A DNA stretch of 64,000 nt from Mobula hypostoma (Eukaryota), in contig NC_086108.1 of the NCBI RefSeq assembly GCF_963921235.1, forward strand, positions 8,866,001-8,930,000, given 5' to 3'. Positions within the stretch are counted from its first letter, which is position 1, and the number at the start of each line of letters is the position of its first letter. The notes beneath the pieces are model-generated. The model saw only the letters and a program-made list of their open reading frames with translations. It was not told where the DNA came from and did no database searches. This document shows positions 13,337 through 27,252 of this stretch, piece after piece. A program made the position numbers and the translations under genes.

Positions 13337-14353
13337 CCTTAAACCTCTGGTATTTAGACATTTCAACCCTTGGAAACAGATACTCCCTGTCTACTCTATC
13401 TATGCCCCTCATAATCTTATAAACCTCTTATCAGTTCTCTCCTCAGACTCCGTGACTCCAGAGAAAACCACCCAATTTTATCCAGCCTCTTGTGATAACA
13501 CAAGCCCTCGAATCCAGGCAGCACCCTGGTAAACCTCTTCTGTCCCCTCTCCAAAGCCTCAACGTCCTTCCTACAGTGGGGAGACCAGAACATATAAAGG
13601 GGCAACTAGTATAATGGGGTAGAGGCTCCACCCCTCCCTCAGCACATAACGATGACAAATTGGAATACCACCTTGGAAATCACTCACTACAATTTTCATA
13701 CAGCTACCAAAAATGAAGTAAAGTTTTACATTCAGTTTTCCCCTCCTCAGATACGATATGGTAACAAGCTGTGTAGAGACCATTATCTCCCTGGATTGTG
13801 GGGCTTCCCTCCCAGTGAGACACATCCTTGACCGTCCTAGGAAGGAGTCTCTGAGATCTTGTTTACTTAGAACATGGACTAGAACAGCACAGGAACAGGC
13901 CATTTGCCCCAGTGTTGTGCAAAACCAGCTAAAAAGCAAATCAAACACCCAGACACTATTCCCTCCTACCTACACAATGTCCATATCTCGCTAAAGCCTC
14001 AGCATGCTTCCTATAGTGGGGCGACACAGACTCTAACCCTAACACAGAAACCAACTTACACCTGGAGAGACATGCATATAGAGGGACAAACTATAAGCAG
14101 TTAAGAAAATTACTATTGAATGGGTGTCTTAGTCAGGGTTACATTAATGGTTACTACTTATCGTTGGATCCAAAGAAAATAATAGTATTTTTTAAAAATA
14201 TTGTTTAATGATTTAGAAATAGAGCACTGTAACATGCCCCTCTGGCCCAACAAGCCCAAGCCACTTAATTACACCCATGTAACCATTAACCTACCAACCG
14301 GTACGTTTGGAATGTGGGAGAAAACTGGAGTACACACAGGAAACCCACACAGT

Positions 14354-14810
14354 TGTTGGGGTGTATTCTGGAGACATGGAATATAGCAAATTTGATTTCA
14401 ACAGCAACCAGTCTGCAGATTGAATTTAAAATGCTGCCCAGAACAATGATGTTCCTGGAGCTGCAGACTGCGGTTGATTGCAAACCAGGAAACACCCCAT
14501 TGACCTGAGATGTCTGCATATGCATGAATGCAGCTTAGATACAGCAGTGATCTACATTCATTTTGGGTGTCCGGAGTGTTGATGTGAAGATCTAAGTGTT
14601 TAAAAACTGTATGTAATTCAAAGGAAGCATTGTAGATACATTGTCCTGCTGTTACCTTTTATCTTTAACATATAAAAATGTCATGTAATATTGGGTTAGG
14701 AAGCCTCTATCCAAGAGAATCTCCAATATGATGCCCGCTTCTTGTGCTGAATAAAGACTTCTATATTCACCAGCTTTAGTGTCTCTCCGGTGACTTCATT
14801 CACAGCCACA
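14354..14810 (+). mobile_element. Probable solo LTR inserted in a tRNA-SINE
   Basis: TG...CA ends, AATAAA near 14750; splits a SINE whose halves lie at ~14230-14353 and ~14815-14910; no clear TSD. Confidence 0.4.
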
Positions 14811-15194
14811 ATAGAGGTCACAGGGAGAACTTACGAACTCCTTGCAGACAGCGGCAGGTATTGAATCCGGGTCACTGGCGTTATAAAGCATTACGCTAAC
14901 CACTATGCTTTCAACAATGACCATAACGCATCAAGTGACCTATCAATCAGCAAAATCACAGAGCACTGAGTGTGTTCAAAGCCGAGAGGGGTGGATATTT
15001 GGTCACGAAGGATTTGTAACCGGGGGAGCAGACTCAAGGGGCTTTTCGTGTTAGGTTAAATATTTTCAAAGTAAAAGAATTGAGACTGACCAGCGGGGTC
15101 ATCCTGAGCACTGGGGGACAGACTCCGCCCAGCACTCCAACGATCATACTCCTAGCAGACAGACCATACACAGAGGAAATGCCAGAATGCTTAC

Positions 15195-15370
15195 TTCAAC
15201 CGGCCCAGTCTTCGGGGCTTGCTGGCTTCCGCCCTCCGTTTCTCCGCACGCCCGGCTTTCCTCTTTGCCAGCTCAACCTCCAGCTGCCTCACCTCGCCCT
15301 TGATGGAGCGGAGGCGGAAGAGCTGCTGCTGCCTCTCCTGTGCCTGCTTCAGCTGCTTCAGCTTCTGGTC
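15195..15370 (-). CDS. NOP53: NOP53 exon 9 (DQKLKQLKQAQERQQQLFRLRSIK...KPRRLGRLK)
   Basis: ttttcag acceptor, AA|GTAAGC donor, 176 nt; LFRLR.IK and KPRRLGRLK motifs. Confidence 0.95.
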
Positions 15371-16372
15371 CTGAAAAGAACAAGGAGAGTACACGGAGCT
15401 GCAGTCAAACTGGTTGAGCAGGGGCATGGCATTCCCAAGTTAAGTTTGAAAGTCATGATCTTTCAGCAAGAATAACCTCTCTGTTCTCCCATCTCAGGGA
15501 GAGTGATCTCCTCGCAACATTATGAGCAGTTTCTGGGCCCCATATTTAAGAAAGGATGTTCTGGCATTGGAGAGGGCCCGGAGGAGGTTCGAGAGAATGA
15601 TTCCGGGAATGACAGAGTTAACGTACAAGGAGCTCTGGGCCTGTACTCATTGGGGTGGGAGGGGGAGATCTCATTGGAATCTATCAAATATTGGAAGGCC
15701 TAGATAGAGAGGCTCCTTCCTATAGTGGGGGAGTCAAGGTCAAAATACAAAGACATCCCTTTAGTAGAGATGAACAGGAATTTCTTTAGCCAGGGGGTGG
15801 TGAATCTGTGGAATTCATTGCCAAAGACAGCTATGGAGGCAAAGTCATTGGATATATTTAAAGCAGAGGCTGGCAGGTTCTTGATTAGTCAGGGTGCCAA
15901 GGGTTACAGAGAGAAAGCGGACAATGGGTTTGAGAGGGGTAATACATGATGGAATGGCGGAACAGACTCAGTGGGCCAAATTGTGTAAATTTGTACCCAC
16001 GTCTTAGGTCTTCTAGCACATTGGTAACAGAAGATGTAACTTGCAAGCAAAAGTCACTGAATTGTCACACCACTACATGAAGGAGGAAGGTGGAGAGGGC
16101 AGGGAAACAGTTGGTGTGAGAGTCCAACCCAAGCCGCACTCAGAGTTCAGAATGATTCTATCTGAATGCCAGCAAGGACAATGACCTAGGAAATCACACT
16201 TACAGCTTTAAAACAGTGTCACACCTTCTGTAAAACCCAAACAGACCACTGGTTGGGTTATAACGTCCACCCGTGTGCAAAAACTTCCAGTTGTCTTCCA
16301 CACAACGCAGTTGCTGGAAATCGCGTGAAGGCATATGAGCTGCTGCAGCTCTGAATGAGATAGTATTATTTG

Positions 16373-16500
16373 CACTGCCCTCAGTTCCCAGGCCGCCCAC
16401 TTGGCAAAGCCCAGGAATCCCTGTGCTGTCCTCACATTCCCAGACGGCACAGCCGCAGGAATTCTTTGTGCGCAAGGATGTCTCTCATCATCAGGCAGTG
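16373..16500 (-). ncRNA. SNORD23: Box C/D snoRNA with U6 antisense element, probable SNORD23 orthologue
   Basis: Minus strand: CACTGCC stem, box C ATGATGA (16491-16485), CATCCTTGCGCA (complement of U6 nt ~64-75), box D CTGA (16384-16381), closing GGCAGTG. Intronic and sense to NOP53, the known host of human SNORD23. Confidence 0.85.
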
Positions 16501-17631
16501 AAATAATTCCAGTTTTCTGTCAAGAGTTTAAACACAAAGCTCTATATCAGGGGCTCCCAAACTTTTTCCAGTTTTATTTTATTGTTCAATATAACTATAT
16601 TCTACTGTATTCAGATCCTGAAGCCTAGGAAGGTATCCTGAAGCCTAGGAAGGAATTATGTTTTGGAAATGTGTTGCAGGAACAGCCAGAGGGAGGTGAA
16701 TCTGTGGAATCTGTCACCACAGGTGGCCATGGAGGTCAGGTCATTGGGTATACTTAAGGCAGAGGTTGATAGTTTCTTGGTAAGTTAGAGTGTCAAAGGT
16801 TATAGGGTGAAGGCCAAAGAATGGGGTTAAGAGGAGGGAGAGAGGGAGAGAAAGAGCGAGAAAGAAAAAGGAGACAGAGATAGAGAGAAATAAAATGAAA
16901 TAAAAATAAATACAAAGATATACAATTGATTAATTGATTAAGATAGAGTATGGAATAGGCCCTTCCAGCCCTGCCATCCAGCATTTCTCCAGTTTAATCC
17001 TAGCCGAACCACAGGACAATTTACAATGACCAATTAACCTACCAACCGGAATGCCTTTGGACTGTGGAGGAAACTGGCACTCCCGGAGGAAACCTACGCA
17101 TCCACAGAGCAAACATACAGACTCCTTACAGACAGCAGCAGGAACTGAGCCCGAGCTGCCTGTACTATAAAAGTGTTGCTCTAACCACCATGCTATCATG
17201 CCGCTGCGGTGGAATGACGATTCGAGAGACTGAATAGTCTACCTCTTCTCCTCCTAGGGCTTATGGTCTTATGGAAACATGGCAGATAACAGACAGACAG
17301 TAATGCGATGACGGCCTGTTATAGTGATACTGGGTTAAGTAGAACAGTACAACATAGGAACAAGCCTTTCGGTCTACGATGACTGGGACTAATCATGATT
17401 TCAAATTAAACTAATACCTTTTGCCTTCACATGATCCATATCTCTCCCATTCCTTGCATATTCCATTTATCCATCTAACAGCCTCTTGAACACCACAATC
17501 GTATCCGCTTTCACCACTACCCAGTGGCAGCTTGTTCCATTCACCCATCACTCTGCAAAAAAAAAACTGCCCTACACACCACTTTTAAACTACCCCCCTC
17601 TCAGCCCAATACTCCATTAAGGCTTTACTCA

Positions 17632-20600
17632 ATTCAGGAACTGACTCTGTGACTGTGACCTACAACCATCGTCACTCCCCCCAGCACTGAACTGACTCTG
17701 TGACTGTGACCTACAACCATCGTCACTCCCCCCAGCACTGAACTGACTCTGTGACTAACCTACAGCTATCGTCACTCCCTCAACACTGAATTGTCTGTGA
17801 CTGTGACCTACAGCCATCGTCACTCGCTCAGCACTGAACTGACTCACAGCTGTGACCTGCGGCCACCGTCACTCCTCAGCACTGAACTGACTCACAGCTG
17901 TGACCTGCGGCCACCGTCACTCCTCAGCACTGAACTGACTCACAGCTGTGACCTGCGGCCACCGTCACTCCTCAGCGCTGAACTGACTCACAGCTATGAC
18001 CTGCGGCCACCGTCACTCCTCAGCACTGAACTGACTCACAGCTGTGACCTGCGGCCACCGTCACTCCTCAGCACTGAACTGACTCACAGCTGTAACCTGC
18101 GGCCACCGTCACTCCTCAGCACTGAACTGACTCACAGCTGTGACCTGCGGCCACCGTCACTCCTCAGCACTGAACTGACTCACAGCTGTGACCTGCGGCC
18201 ACCGTCACTCCTCAGCACTGAACTGCCTCACAGCTGTGACCTGCGGCCACCGTCACTCCTCAGCACTGAACTGACTCACAACAGCTGTGACCTGCGGCCA
18301 TCGTCACTTGTCTCAGTGCTGAACTGAGTCACAGCTGTGACCTGCGGCCATCGTCACTCCTCAGCACTGAACTGACTCACAGCTATGACCTGCGGCCACA
18401 GCTGACCTGCGGCCACCGTCACTTGTCTCAGCACTGAACTGACTCACAGCTGTGACCTGCGGCCACCGTCACTCCTCAGCACTGAACTGACTCACAGCTG
18501 TGACCTGCGGCCACCGTCACTCCTCAGCACTGAACTGACTCACAGCTATGACCTGCGGCCACCGTCACTTGTCTCAGCACTGAACTGACTCACAGCTGTG
18601 ACCTGCGGCCACCGTCACTCCTCAGCACTGAACTGACTCACAGCTGTGACCTGCGGCCACCGTCACTCCTCAGCACTGAACTGACTCATAGCTGTGACCT
18701 GCGGCCACCGTCACTCCTCAGCACTGAACTGACTCATAGCTGTGACCTGCGGCCACCGTCACTCCTCAGCACTGAACTGACTCACAGCTGTGACCTGCGG
18801 CCACCATCACTCCTTAGCACTGAACTGACTCACAGCTGTAACCTGCGGCCACCGTCACTCCTCAGCACTGAACTGACTCACAGCTGTGACCTGCGGCCAC
18901 CATCACTCCTTAGCACTGAACTGACTCACAGCTGTAACCTGCGGCCACCGTCACTCCTCAGCACTGAACTGACTCACAGCTGTGACCTGCGGCCATCGTC
19001 ACTTGTCTCAGTGCTGAACTGAGTCACAGCTGTGACCTGCGGCCACCGTCACTCCTCAGCACTGAACTGACTCACAGCTGTGACCTGCGGCCATCGTCAC
19101 TCCTCAGCACTGAACTGACTCACAGCTGTGACCGGCGGCCACCGTCACTCCTCAGCACTGAACTGACTCACAGCTGTGACCTGCGGCCACCGTCACTCCT
19201 CAGCACTGAACTGACTCACAGCTGTGACCTGCGGCCACCGTCACTCCTCAGCACTGAACTGACTCACAGCTGTGACCTGCGGCCACCGTCACTCCTCAGC
19301 ACTGAACTGACTCACAGCTATGACCTGCGGCCACCGTCACTTGTCTCAGCACTGAACTGACTCACAGCTGTGACCTGCGGCCACCGTCACTCCTCAGCAC
19401 TGAACTGACTCACAGCTGTGACCTGCGGCCACCGTCACTCCTCAGCACTGAACTGACTCATAGCTGTGACCTGCGGCCACCGTCACTCCTCAGCACTGAA
19501 CTGACTCATAGCTGTGACCTGCGGCCACCGTCACTCCTCAGCACTGAACTGACTCACAGCTGTGACCTGCGGCCACCATCACTCCTTAGCACTGAACTGA
19601 CTCACAGCTGTAACCTGCGGCCACCGTCACTCCTCAGCACTGAACTGACTCACAGCTGTGACCTGCGGCCACCGTCACTCCTCAGCACTGAACTGACTCA
19701 CAGCTGTGACCTGCGGCCATCGTCACTTGTCTCAGTGCTGAACTGAGTCACAGCTGTGACCTGCGGCCACCGTCACTCCTCAGCACTGAACTGACTCACA
19801 GCTGTGACCTGCGGCCACCGTCACTCCTCAGCACTGAACTGACTCACAGCTGTGACCTGCGGCCACCGTCACTCCTCAGCACTGAACTGACTCACAGCTG
19901 TGACCTGCGGCCACCGTCACTCCTCAGCACTGAACTGACTCACAGCTGTGACCTGCGGCCACCGTCACTCCTCAGCACTGAACTGACTCACAGCTGTGAC
20001 CTGCGGCCACCGTCACTCCTCAGCACTGAACTGACTCACAGCTGTGACCTGCGGCCACCGTCACTCCTCAGCACTGAACTGACTCACAGCTGTGACCTGC
20101 GGCCACCGTCACTCCTCAGCACTGAACTGACTCACAGCTGTGACCTGCGGCCACCGTCACTCCTCAGCACTGAACTGACTCACAGCTGTGACCTGCGGCC
20201 ACCGTCACTCCTCAGCACTGAACTGACTCACAGCTGTGACCTGCGGCCACCGTCACTCCTCAGCACTGAACTGACTCACAGCTGTGACCTGCGGCCACCG
20301 TCACTCCTCAGCACTGAACTGACTCACAGCTGTGACCTGCGGCCACCGTCACTCCTCAGCACTGAACTGACTCACAGCTGTGACCTGCGGCCACCGTCAC
20401 TCCTCAGCACTGAACTGACTCACAGCTGTGACCTGCGGCCACCGTCACTCCTCAGCACTGAACTGACTCACAGCTGTGACCTGCGGCCACCGTCACTCCT
20501 CAGCACTGAACTGACTCACAGCTGTGACCTGCGGCCACCGTCACTCCTCAGCACTGAACTGCCTCACAGCTGTGACCTGCGGCTCAGCACTGAACTGCCT

Positions 20601-23600
20601 CACAGCTGTGACCTGCGGCCACCGTCACTTGTCTCAGCGCTGAACTGACTCACAGCTGTAACCTGCGGCCATCGTCACTTGTCTCAGCACTGAACTGACT
20701 CACAGCTATGACCTGCGGCCATCGTCCTCCTCAGCACTGAACTGACTCACAGCTGTGACCTGCGGCCACCGTCACTCCTCAGCACTGAACTGACTCACAG
20801 CTGTGACCTGCGGCCACCGTCACTCCTCAGCACTGAACTGACTCACAGCTGTGACCTGCGGCCACCGTCACTCCTCAGCACTGAACTGACTCACAGCTGT
20901 GACCTGCGGCCACCGTCACTCCTCAGCACTGAACTGACTCACAGCTGTGACCTGCGGCCACCGTCACTCCTCAGCACTGAACTGACTCACAGCTGTGACC
21001 TGCGGCCACCGTCACTCCTCAGCACTGAACTGACTCACAGCTGTGACCTGCGGCCACCGTCACTCCTCAGCACTGAACTGACTCACAGCTGTGACCTGCG
21101 GCCACCGTCACTCCTCAGCACTGAACTGACTCACAGCTGTGACCTGCGGCCACCGTCACTCCTCAGCACTGAACTGACTCACAGCTGTGACCTGCGGCCA
21201 CCGTCACTCCTCAGCACTGAACTGACTCACAGCTGTGACCTGCGGCCACCGTCACTCCTCAGCACTGAACTGACTCACAGCTGTGACCTGCGGCCACCGT
21301 CACTCCTCAGCACTGAACTGACTCACAGCTGTGACCTGCGGCCACCGTCACTCCTCAGCACTGAACTGACTCACAGCTGTGACCTGCGGCCACCGTCACT
21401 CCTCAGCGCTGAACTGACTCACAGCTGTGACCTGCGGCCACCGTCACTCCTCAGCACTGAACTGCCTCACAGCTGTGACCTGCGGCCATCGTCACTCCTC
21501 AGCACTGAACTGACTCACAGCTGTGACCTGCGGCCACCGTCACTCCTCAGCACTGAACTGACTCACAGCTGTGACCTGCGGCCACCGTCACTCCTCAGCA
21601 CTGAACTGACTCACAGCTGTGACCTGCGGCCACCGTCACTTGTCTCAGCGCTGAACTGACTCACAGCTGTGACCTGCGGCCACCGTCACTCCTCAGCACT
21701 GAACTGACTCACAGCTGTGACCTGCGGCCACCGTCACTCCTCAGCACTGAACTGACTCACAGCTGTGACCTGCGGCCACCGTCACTCCTCAGCACTGAAC
21801 TGACTCACAGCTGTGACCTGCGGCCACCGTCACTCCTCAGCACTGAACTGACTCACAGCTGTGACCTGCGGCCACCGTCACTTGTCTCAGCACTGAACTG
21901 ACTCACAGCTGTGACCTGCGGCCACCGTCACTCCTCAGCACTGAACTGACTCACAGCTGTGACCTGCGGCCACCGTCACTCCTCAGCACTGAACTGACTC
22001 ACAGCTGTGACCTGCGGCCACCGTCACTCCTCAGCACTGAACTGACTCACAGCTGTGACCTGCGGCCATCGTCACTTGTCTCAGCGCTGAACTGACTCAC
22101 AGCTGTGACCTGCGGCCATCGTCACTTGTCTCAGCGCTGAACTGACTCACAGCTGTGACCTGCGGCCATCGTCACTTGTCTCAGCACTGAACTGACTCAC
22201 AGCTGTGACCTGCGGCCACCGTCACTGTCCTCAGCACTGAACTGACTCACAGCTGTGACCTGCGGCCATCGTCACGCTCCTCAGCACTGAACTGACTCAC
22301 AGCTGTGACCTGCGGCCACCGTCACTCCTCAGCACTGAACTGACTCACAGCTGTGACCTGCGGCCACCGTCACTCCTCAGCACTGAACTGACTCACAGCT
22401 GTGACCTGCGGCCACCGTCACTCCTCAGCACTGAACTGACTCACAGCTGTGACCTGCGGCCACCGTCACTCCTCAGCACTGAACTGACTCACAACAGCTG
22501 TGACCTGCGGCCATCGTCACTTGTCTCAGTGCTGAACTGACTCACAGCTGTGACCTGCGGCCATCGTCACTCCTCAGCACTGAACTGACTCACAGCTGTG
22601 ACCTGCGGCCACCGTCACTCCTCAGCACTGAACTGACTCACAGCTGTGACCTGCGGCCATCGTCACTTGTCTCAGTGCTGAACTGAGTCACAGCTGTGAC
22701 CTGCGGCCACCGTCACTCCTCAGCACTGAACTGACTCACAGCTGTAACCTGCGGCCACCGTCACTCCTCAGCACTGAACTGACTCACAGCTGTGACCTGC
22801 GGCCACCGTCACTCCTCAGCACTGAACTGACTCACAGCTGTGACCTGCGGCCACCGTCACTCCTCAGCACTGAACTGACTCACAGCTGTGACCTGCGGCC
22901 ACCGTCACTCCTCAGCACTGAACTGACTCACAGCTATGACCTGCGGCCACCGTCGCTCCTCAGCACTGAACTGACTCACAGCTGTAACCTGCGGCCACCG
23001 TCACTCCTCAGCACTGAACTGACTCACAGCTGTGACCTGCGGCCACCGTCACTCCTCAGCACTGAACTGACTCACAGCTGTAACCTGCGGCCACCGTCAC
23101 TCCTCAGCACTGAACTGACTCACAGCTGTGACCTGCGGCCACCGTCACTCCTCAGCACTGAACTGACTCACAGCTGTGACCTGCGGCCACCGTCACTCCT
23201 CAGCACTGAACTGACTCACAGCTGTGACCTGCGGCCACCGTCACTCCTCAGCACTGAACTGACTCACAGCTGTGACCTGCGGCCACCGTCACTCCTCAGC
23301 ACTGAACTGACTCACAGCTGTGACCTGCGGCCACCGTCACTTGTCTCAGCGCTGAACTGACTCACAGCTGTGACCTGCGGCCACCGTCACTCCTCAGCAC
23401 TGAACTGACTCACAGCTGTAACCTGCGGCCACCGTCACTTGTCTCAGCGCTGAACTGACTCACAGCTGTGACCTGCGGCCACCGTCACTCCTCAGCACTG
23501 AACTGACTCACAGCTGTGACCTGCGGCCATCGTCACTCCTCAGCACTGAACTGACTCACAGCTGTGACCTGCGGCCATCGTCACTTGTCTCAGCACTGAA

Positions 23601-24342
23601 CTGACTCACAGCTGTGACCTGCGGCCATCGTCACTTGTCTCAGCGCTGAACTGACTCACAGCTGTGACCTGCGGCCATCGTCACTTGTCTCAGCACTGAA
23701 CTGACTCACAGCTGTGACCTGCGGCCACCGTCACTCCTCAGCGCTGAACTGACTCACAGCTGTGACCTGCGGCCATCGTCACTTGTCTCAGCGCTGAACT
23801 GACTCACAGCTGTGACCTGCGGCCATCGTCACTTGTCTCAGCGCTGAACTGACTCACAGCTGTAACCTGCGGCCACCGTCACTCCTCAGCACTGAACTGA
23901 CTCACAGCTGTGACCTGCGGCCATCGTCACTCCTCAGCACTGAACTGACTCACAGCTGTGACCTGCGGCCATCGTCACTTGTCTCAGCGCTGAACTGACT
24001 CACAGCTATGACCTGCGGCCATCGTCGCTCCTCAGCACTGAACTGACTCACAGCTGTGACCTGCGGCCACCGTCACTCCTCAGCACTGAACTGACTCACA
24101 GCTATGACCTGCGGCCATCGTCGCTCCTCAGCACTGAACTGACTCACAGCTGTGACCTGCGGCCACCGTCACTCCTCAGCACTGAACTGACTCACAGCTG
24201 TGACCTGCGGCCACCGTCACTCCTCAGCACTGAACTGACTCACAGCTATGACCTGCGGCCATCGTCGCTCCTCAGCACTGAACTGACTCACAGCTGTGAC
24301 CTGCGGCCACCGTCACTTGTCTCAGTGCTGAACTGACTCAGT
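17632..24342. repeat. Tandem array of a 48-bp unit CAGCACTGAACTGACTCACAGCTGTGACCTGCGGCCACCGTCACTCCT (~135 copies) in intron 8
   Basis: Period read directly; 49-bp TTGTCTCAG variants; diverged shorter units at 17632-17820. Confidence 0.97.
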
Positions 24343-27252
24343 GGCTCTGGACCCATGTTCTGGGACTCTGGGTTTCATGTTCTATGTTACTTGTTTACTT
24401 TTTTATTTGCACAATTTGTTTTTTTTCCTGCTAATTGGTCATTATTACATGTTTCACTTGGAGAACTACAAGCAGTTTTGAGAATGAGGGTGTGGGAACT
24501 CACTCAATGTTGAAAGGCCTTGATAGAGTGGATGTGGAGAGGATGTGGGCGGGGGGGGGGGCCGGGGGTCTGAGACCAGAGAACACAGCCTCACAATAGA
24601 GGGACTTCCATTTTGTACAGCAATGAGGAGGAATTTCTATAGACAGATAGTGGTGAATCTGTGGAATTCATCGCCACAGGCAGCTGTTGAGGCTGTCACT
24701 GGGTGTATTTAAGGCAGAGGTTGATAGATTCTTGGTTGGTCAGGGCATGAAGGGATACGGGGAGAAGGCAGGAGATTGGGGTTGAGAGGGAAATGGATCA
24801 GCCGTGATGAAAATGGCAGAGCAGACTTGATGGGCTAAATAGCCTAATTCTGTTCCTGTACCTTATGGTATTTATTGTGTGGGGGTTTTGTTAAATGGAT
24901 TCTATTGTGTTTCTTTGTTTTGTGGTTGCCTGCAAGGAGACAAATCTCAAGGATTTATACGGTATACATACTTAGATAATAAATGTAATTTTAGCCTGAT
25001 ATTGCAGGAGCATTATCTCTCTCTCTCCCTCATGAGAGAGAGTCTGTCTGTGTTGGATTGGACAGTAGTTTTTTATGGAATCTAGATCATGGTCCCTTTG
25101 GGAGCTTTGCTATTGCTTGTATGGTGGGTGGTGGGGGTTTGAAGCTTTCTCTGAAGCAAGTTGGTGATTGGGAGGGGGAGGTGGCTTCGGGGTTCTAACA
25201 TTTTCTGTCATTCATTCTTTGTATTTTTCTGTTTCATGGATGTCTGTGAAAACTAAGAATTTCAGGTTGTATACTGTACATTCTCTGATATTAAATTGAA
25301 TCTTGAATGCACTTTAAAGCTATGTCTACATACATTCAACATATCTTCCACAGATTTAAAATTCTCGCTGTCTGCCCTCTCTGTGGCTTTCATAATTCTG
25401 CAAACTTCCCCTCAATTATTGTAGTAACGTACTAGCCCAGGGAGCTACACAAGTGGCAACAGTCCTATCAGTTTTAAGAAATTTGAAAGACTATGAATGC
25501 AAGAATGAAAAGGTATCGAACAGCTTATTCTTGTAGATACAATTTATCTCAATTTTTTAAAAACCTGTTAGTTCTCCCCTCAGCCTGCAACACTCCAGAG
25601 AAAAGAAAACAATCTTAGCTTGCCGAACCTCTCCTTATAGCTATTACCCTCCAATCCAGGCAGAAGTCCGGAGAACCTCTTCTGTACCCTCTCCAAGTCA
25701 CACCCTTCCTATAATGGGCTGGGCAGAATAGCACACAACAAAAGAGCACTCTAACCACACCTGCAACATGACTTCCTGACTCTTGTATTCTGTGCTTCTA
25801 GCATGGGCTAGTGATGATGCTTAGCACTCGATAAGATTCAAAACTCTCCTCCTCTCCAAAATAACACTAGCAAATTTTGGTTTAACATCTACTGAATGAT
25901 TAGATAGGACCTAGGTGTAACATCTCATCCAGCATTCTTCGTTATCACTGGAAAGTCAGTCTGAATTTTGCTTTTATGGAGTTCAAAGTGAATTTATTAT
26001 CAAAGTACATATATGTCACCATGTACAATCCTGAAATTCATTTTCTTGCAGGCATATTCAATAATTCCAAAGTAAAATAGTAACCATAATAAAATCAGTG
26101 AAAGATTGTACCCACTTGGGCATTCAACCAGATTGCAAAAGATTGCACAAATTGTGCAAATACAAAAATAAAGAAATAATAATAAATAAATAAGCAATAA
26201 ATATCAAGAACATGAGATGATGGAGCTTAGGAAGATGATGGCACCTAATGGCGACTCCTTTGGTTACATCTTCGGAAACAGCTCTATTTCTATCTTTGAT
26301 ATCTCTCTTTTTTTCCTTTCAAGGTTCTTTTGAAGACATGACCTGGAGTTACACGCTGACTTCAGTTCTTTGTGGAAATGGGACCTGCTCTTGGGGCCTC
26401 ATGACCAGCCGCTTTTTGATATGCCAAGCACGAGGCCTGGAAGTCTAGCGTGCCTCCAGGGTGCCAGATTTTCGTGGCTCTGGAGGCAGGTGGATTCAGG
26501 GCCGGTGCCGCCACCTGATGTGTCGTGGCAGTACACGGAAGATCAAAAGCAACAAGGAGTCTCCTGGCTGTGTGCCCAGAGACCCGTGTTCTTTGGGCAC
26601 AGAGCTCAGAAAAAGTGATGCAAACACCATAAATCAGTGAGGTGTCTCCCCTCTCGCTGTGAAACGAGGACAACTCTTTTTTCCTTATTAGGGAGAGAGA
26701 GCCTGTAATATGTCGAATTACCAGGTGAATCAGTAGTCTTTGGGGTATTGTAAGTCTGTGCCTTTACTGATGCTTTGTTGCGCATGAGTGCTCGGTGTTT
26801 TTGCTGGTGGGTGGGGGGGGTCTTTGCTTTGCTGCATGGGGGGGGAGCTTTGGGGTTCTAACCGTTAACTATCATTCATTCTTCAGACACTCCTTTGTTT
26901 TTGCGGATGTTTGCGAAGAAAAAGAATTTCAGGATGTATATTGTATACATTTTTGTGACAATAGATGTACCTGTTGAAACCTATTGAAGAGACCTTGCAA
27001 GGGAGTCCATAGGTTGTGGGAACATTTCAATGATGGGCATGTAAAGTTATCTCCTTTGGTTCAAGAGCCTGCTGGTAATAACTGTTCCTGAACCTAGTGG
27101 CAAGGTTCTGAGGCGGCTGTACCTTCTCCTGGATGGCAGCAGCGAGAAGAGAGCATGACCTGGGTGATGGATACTGCTTTCCTACGATGCATCATGTAGA
27201 TGTGCTCAATGGAGATGAGGGCTCTATTGAGGAGAAAGTATTTTACACCAAC

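Noticed and set aside
17791..18327. 178-aa ORF of repeated STELTHSCDLRPPSLL
   Set aside because: Product of a stop-free frame in the 48-bp satellite, broken by length variants; antisense to NOP53 with no gene context.
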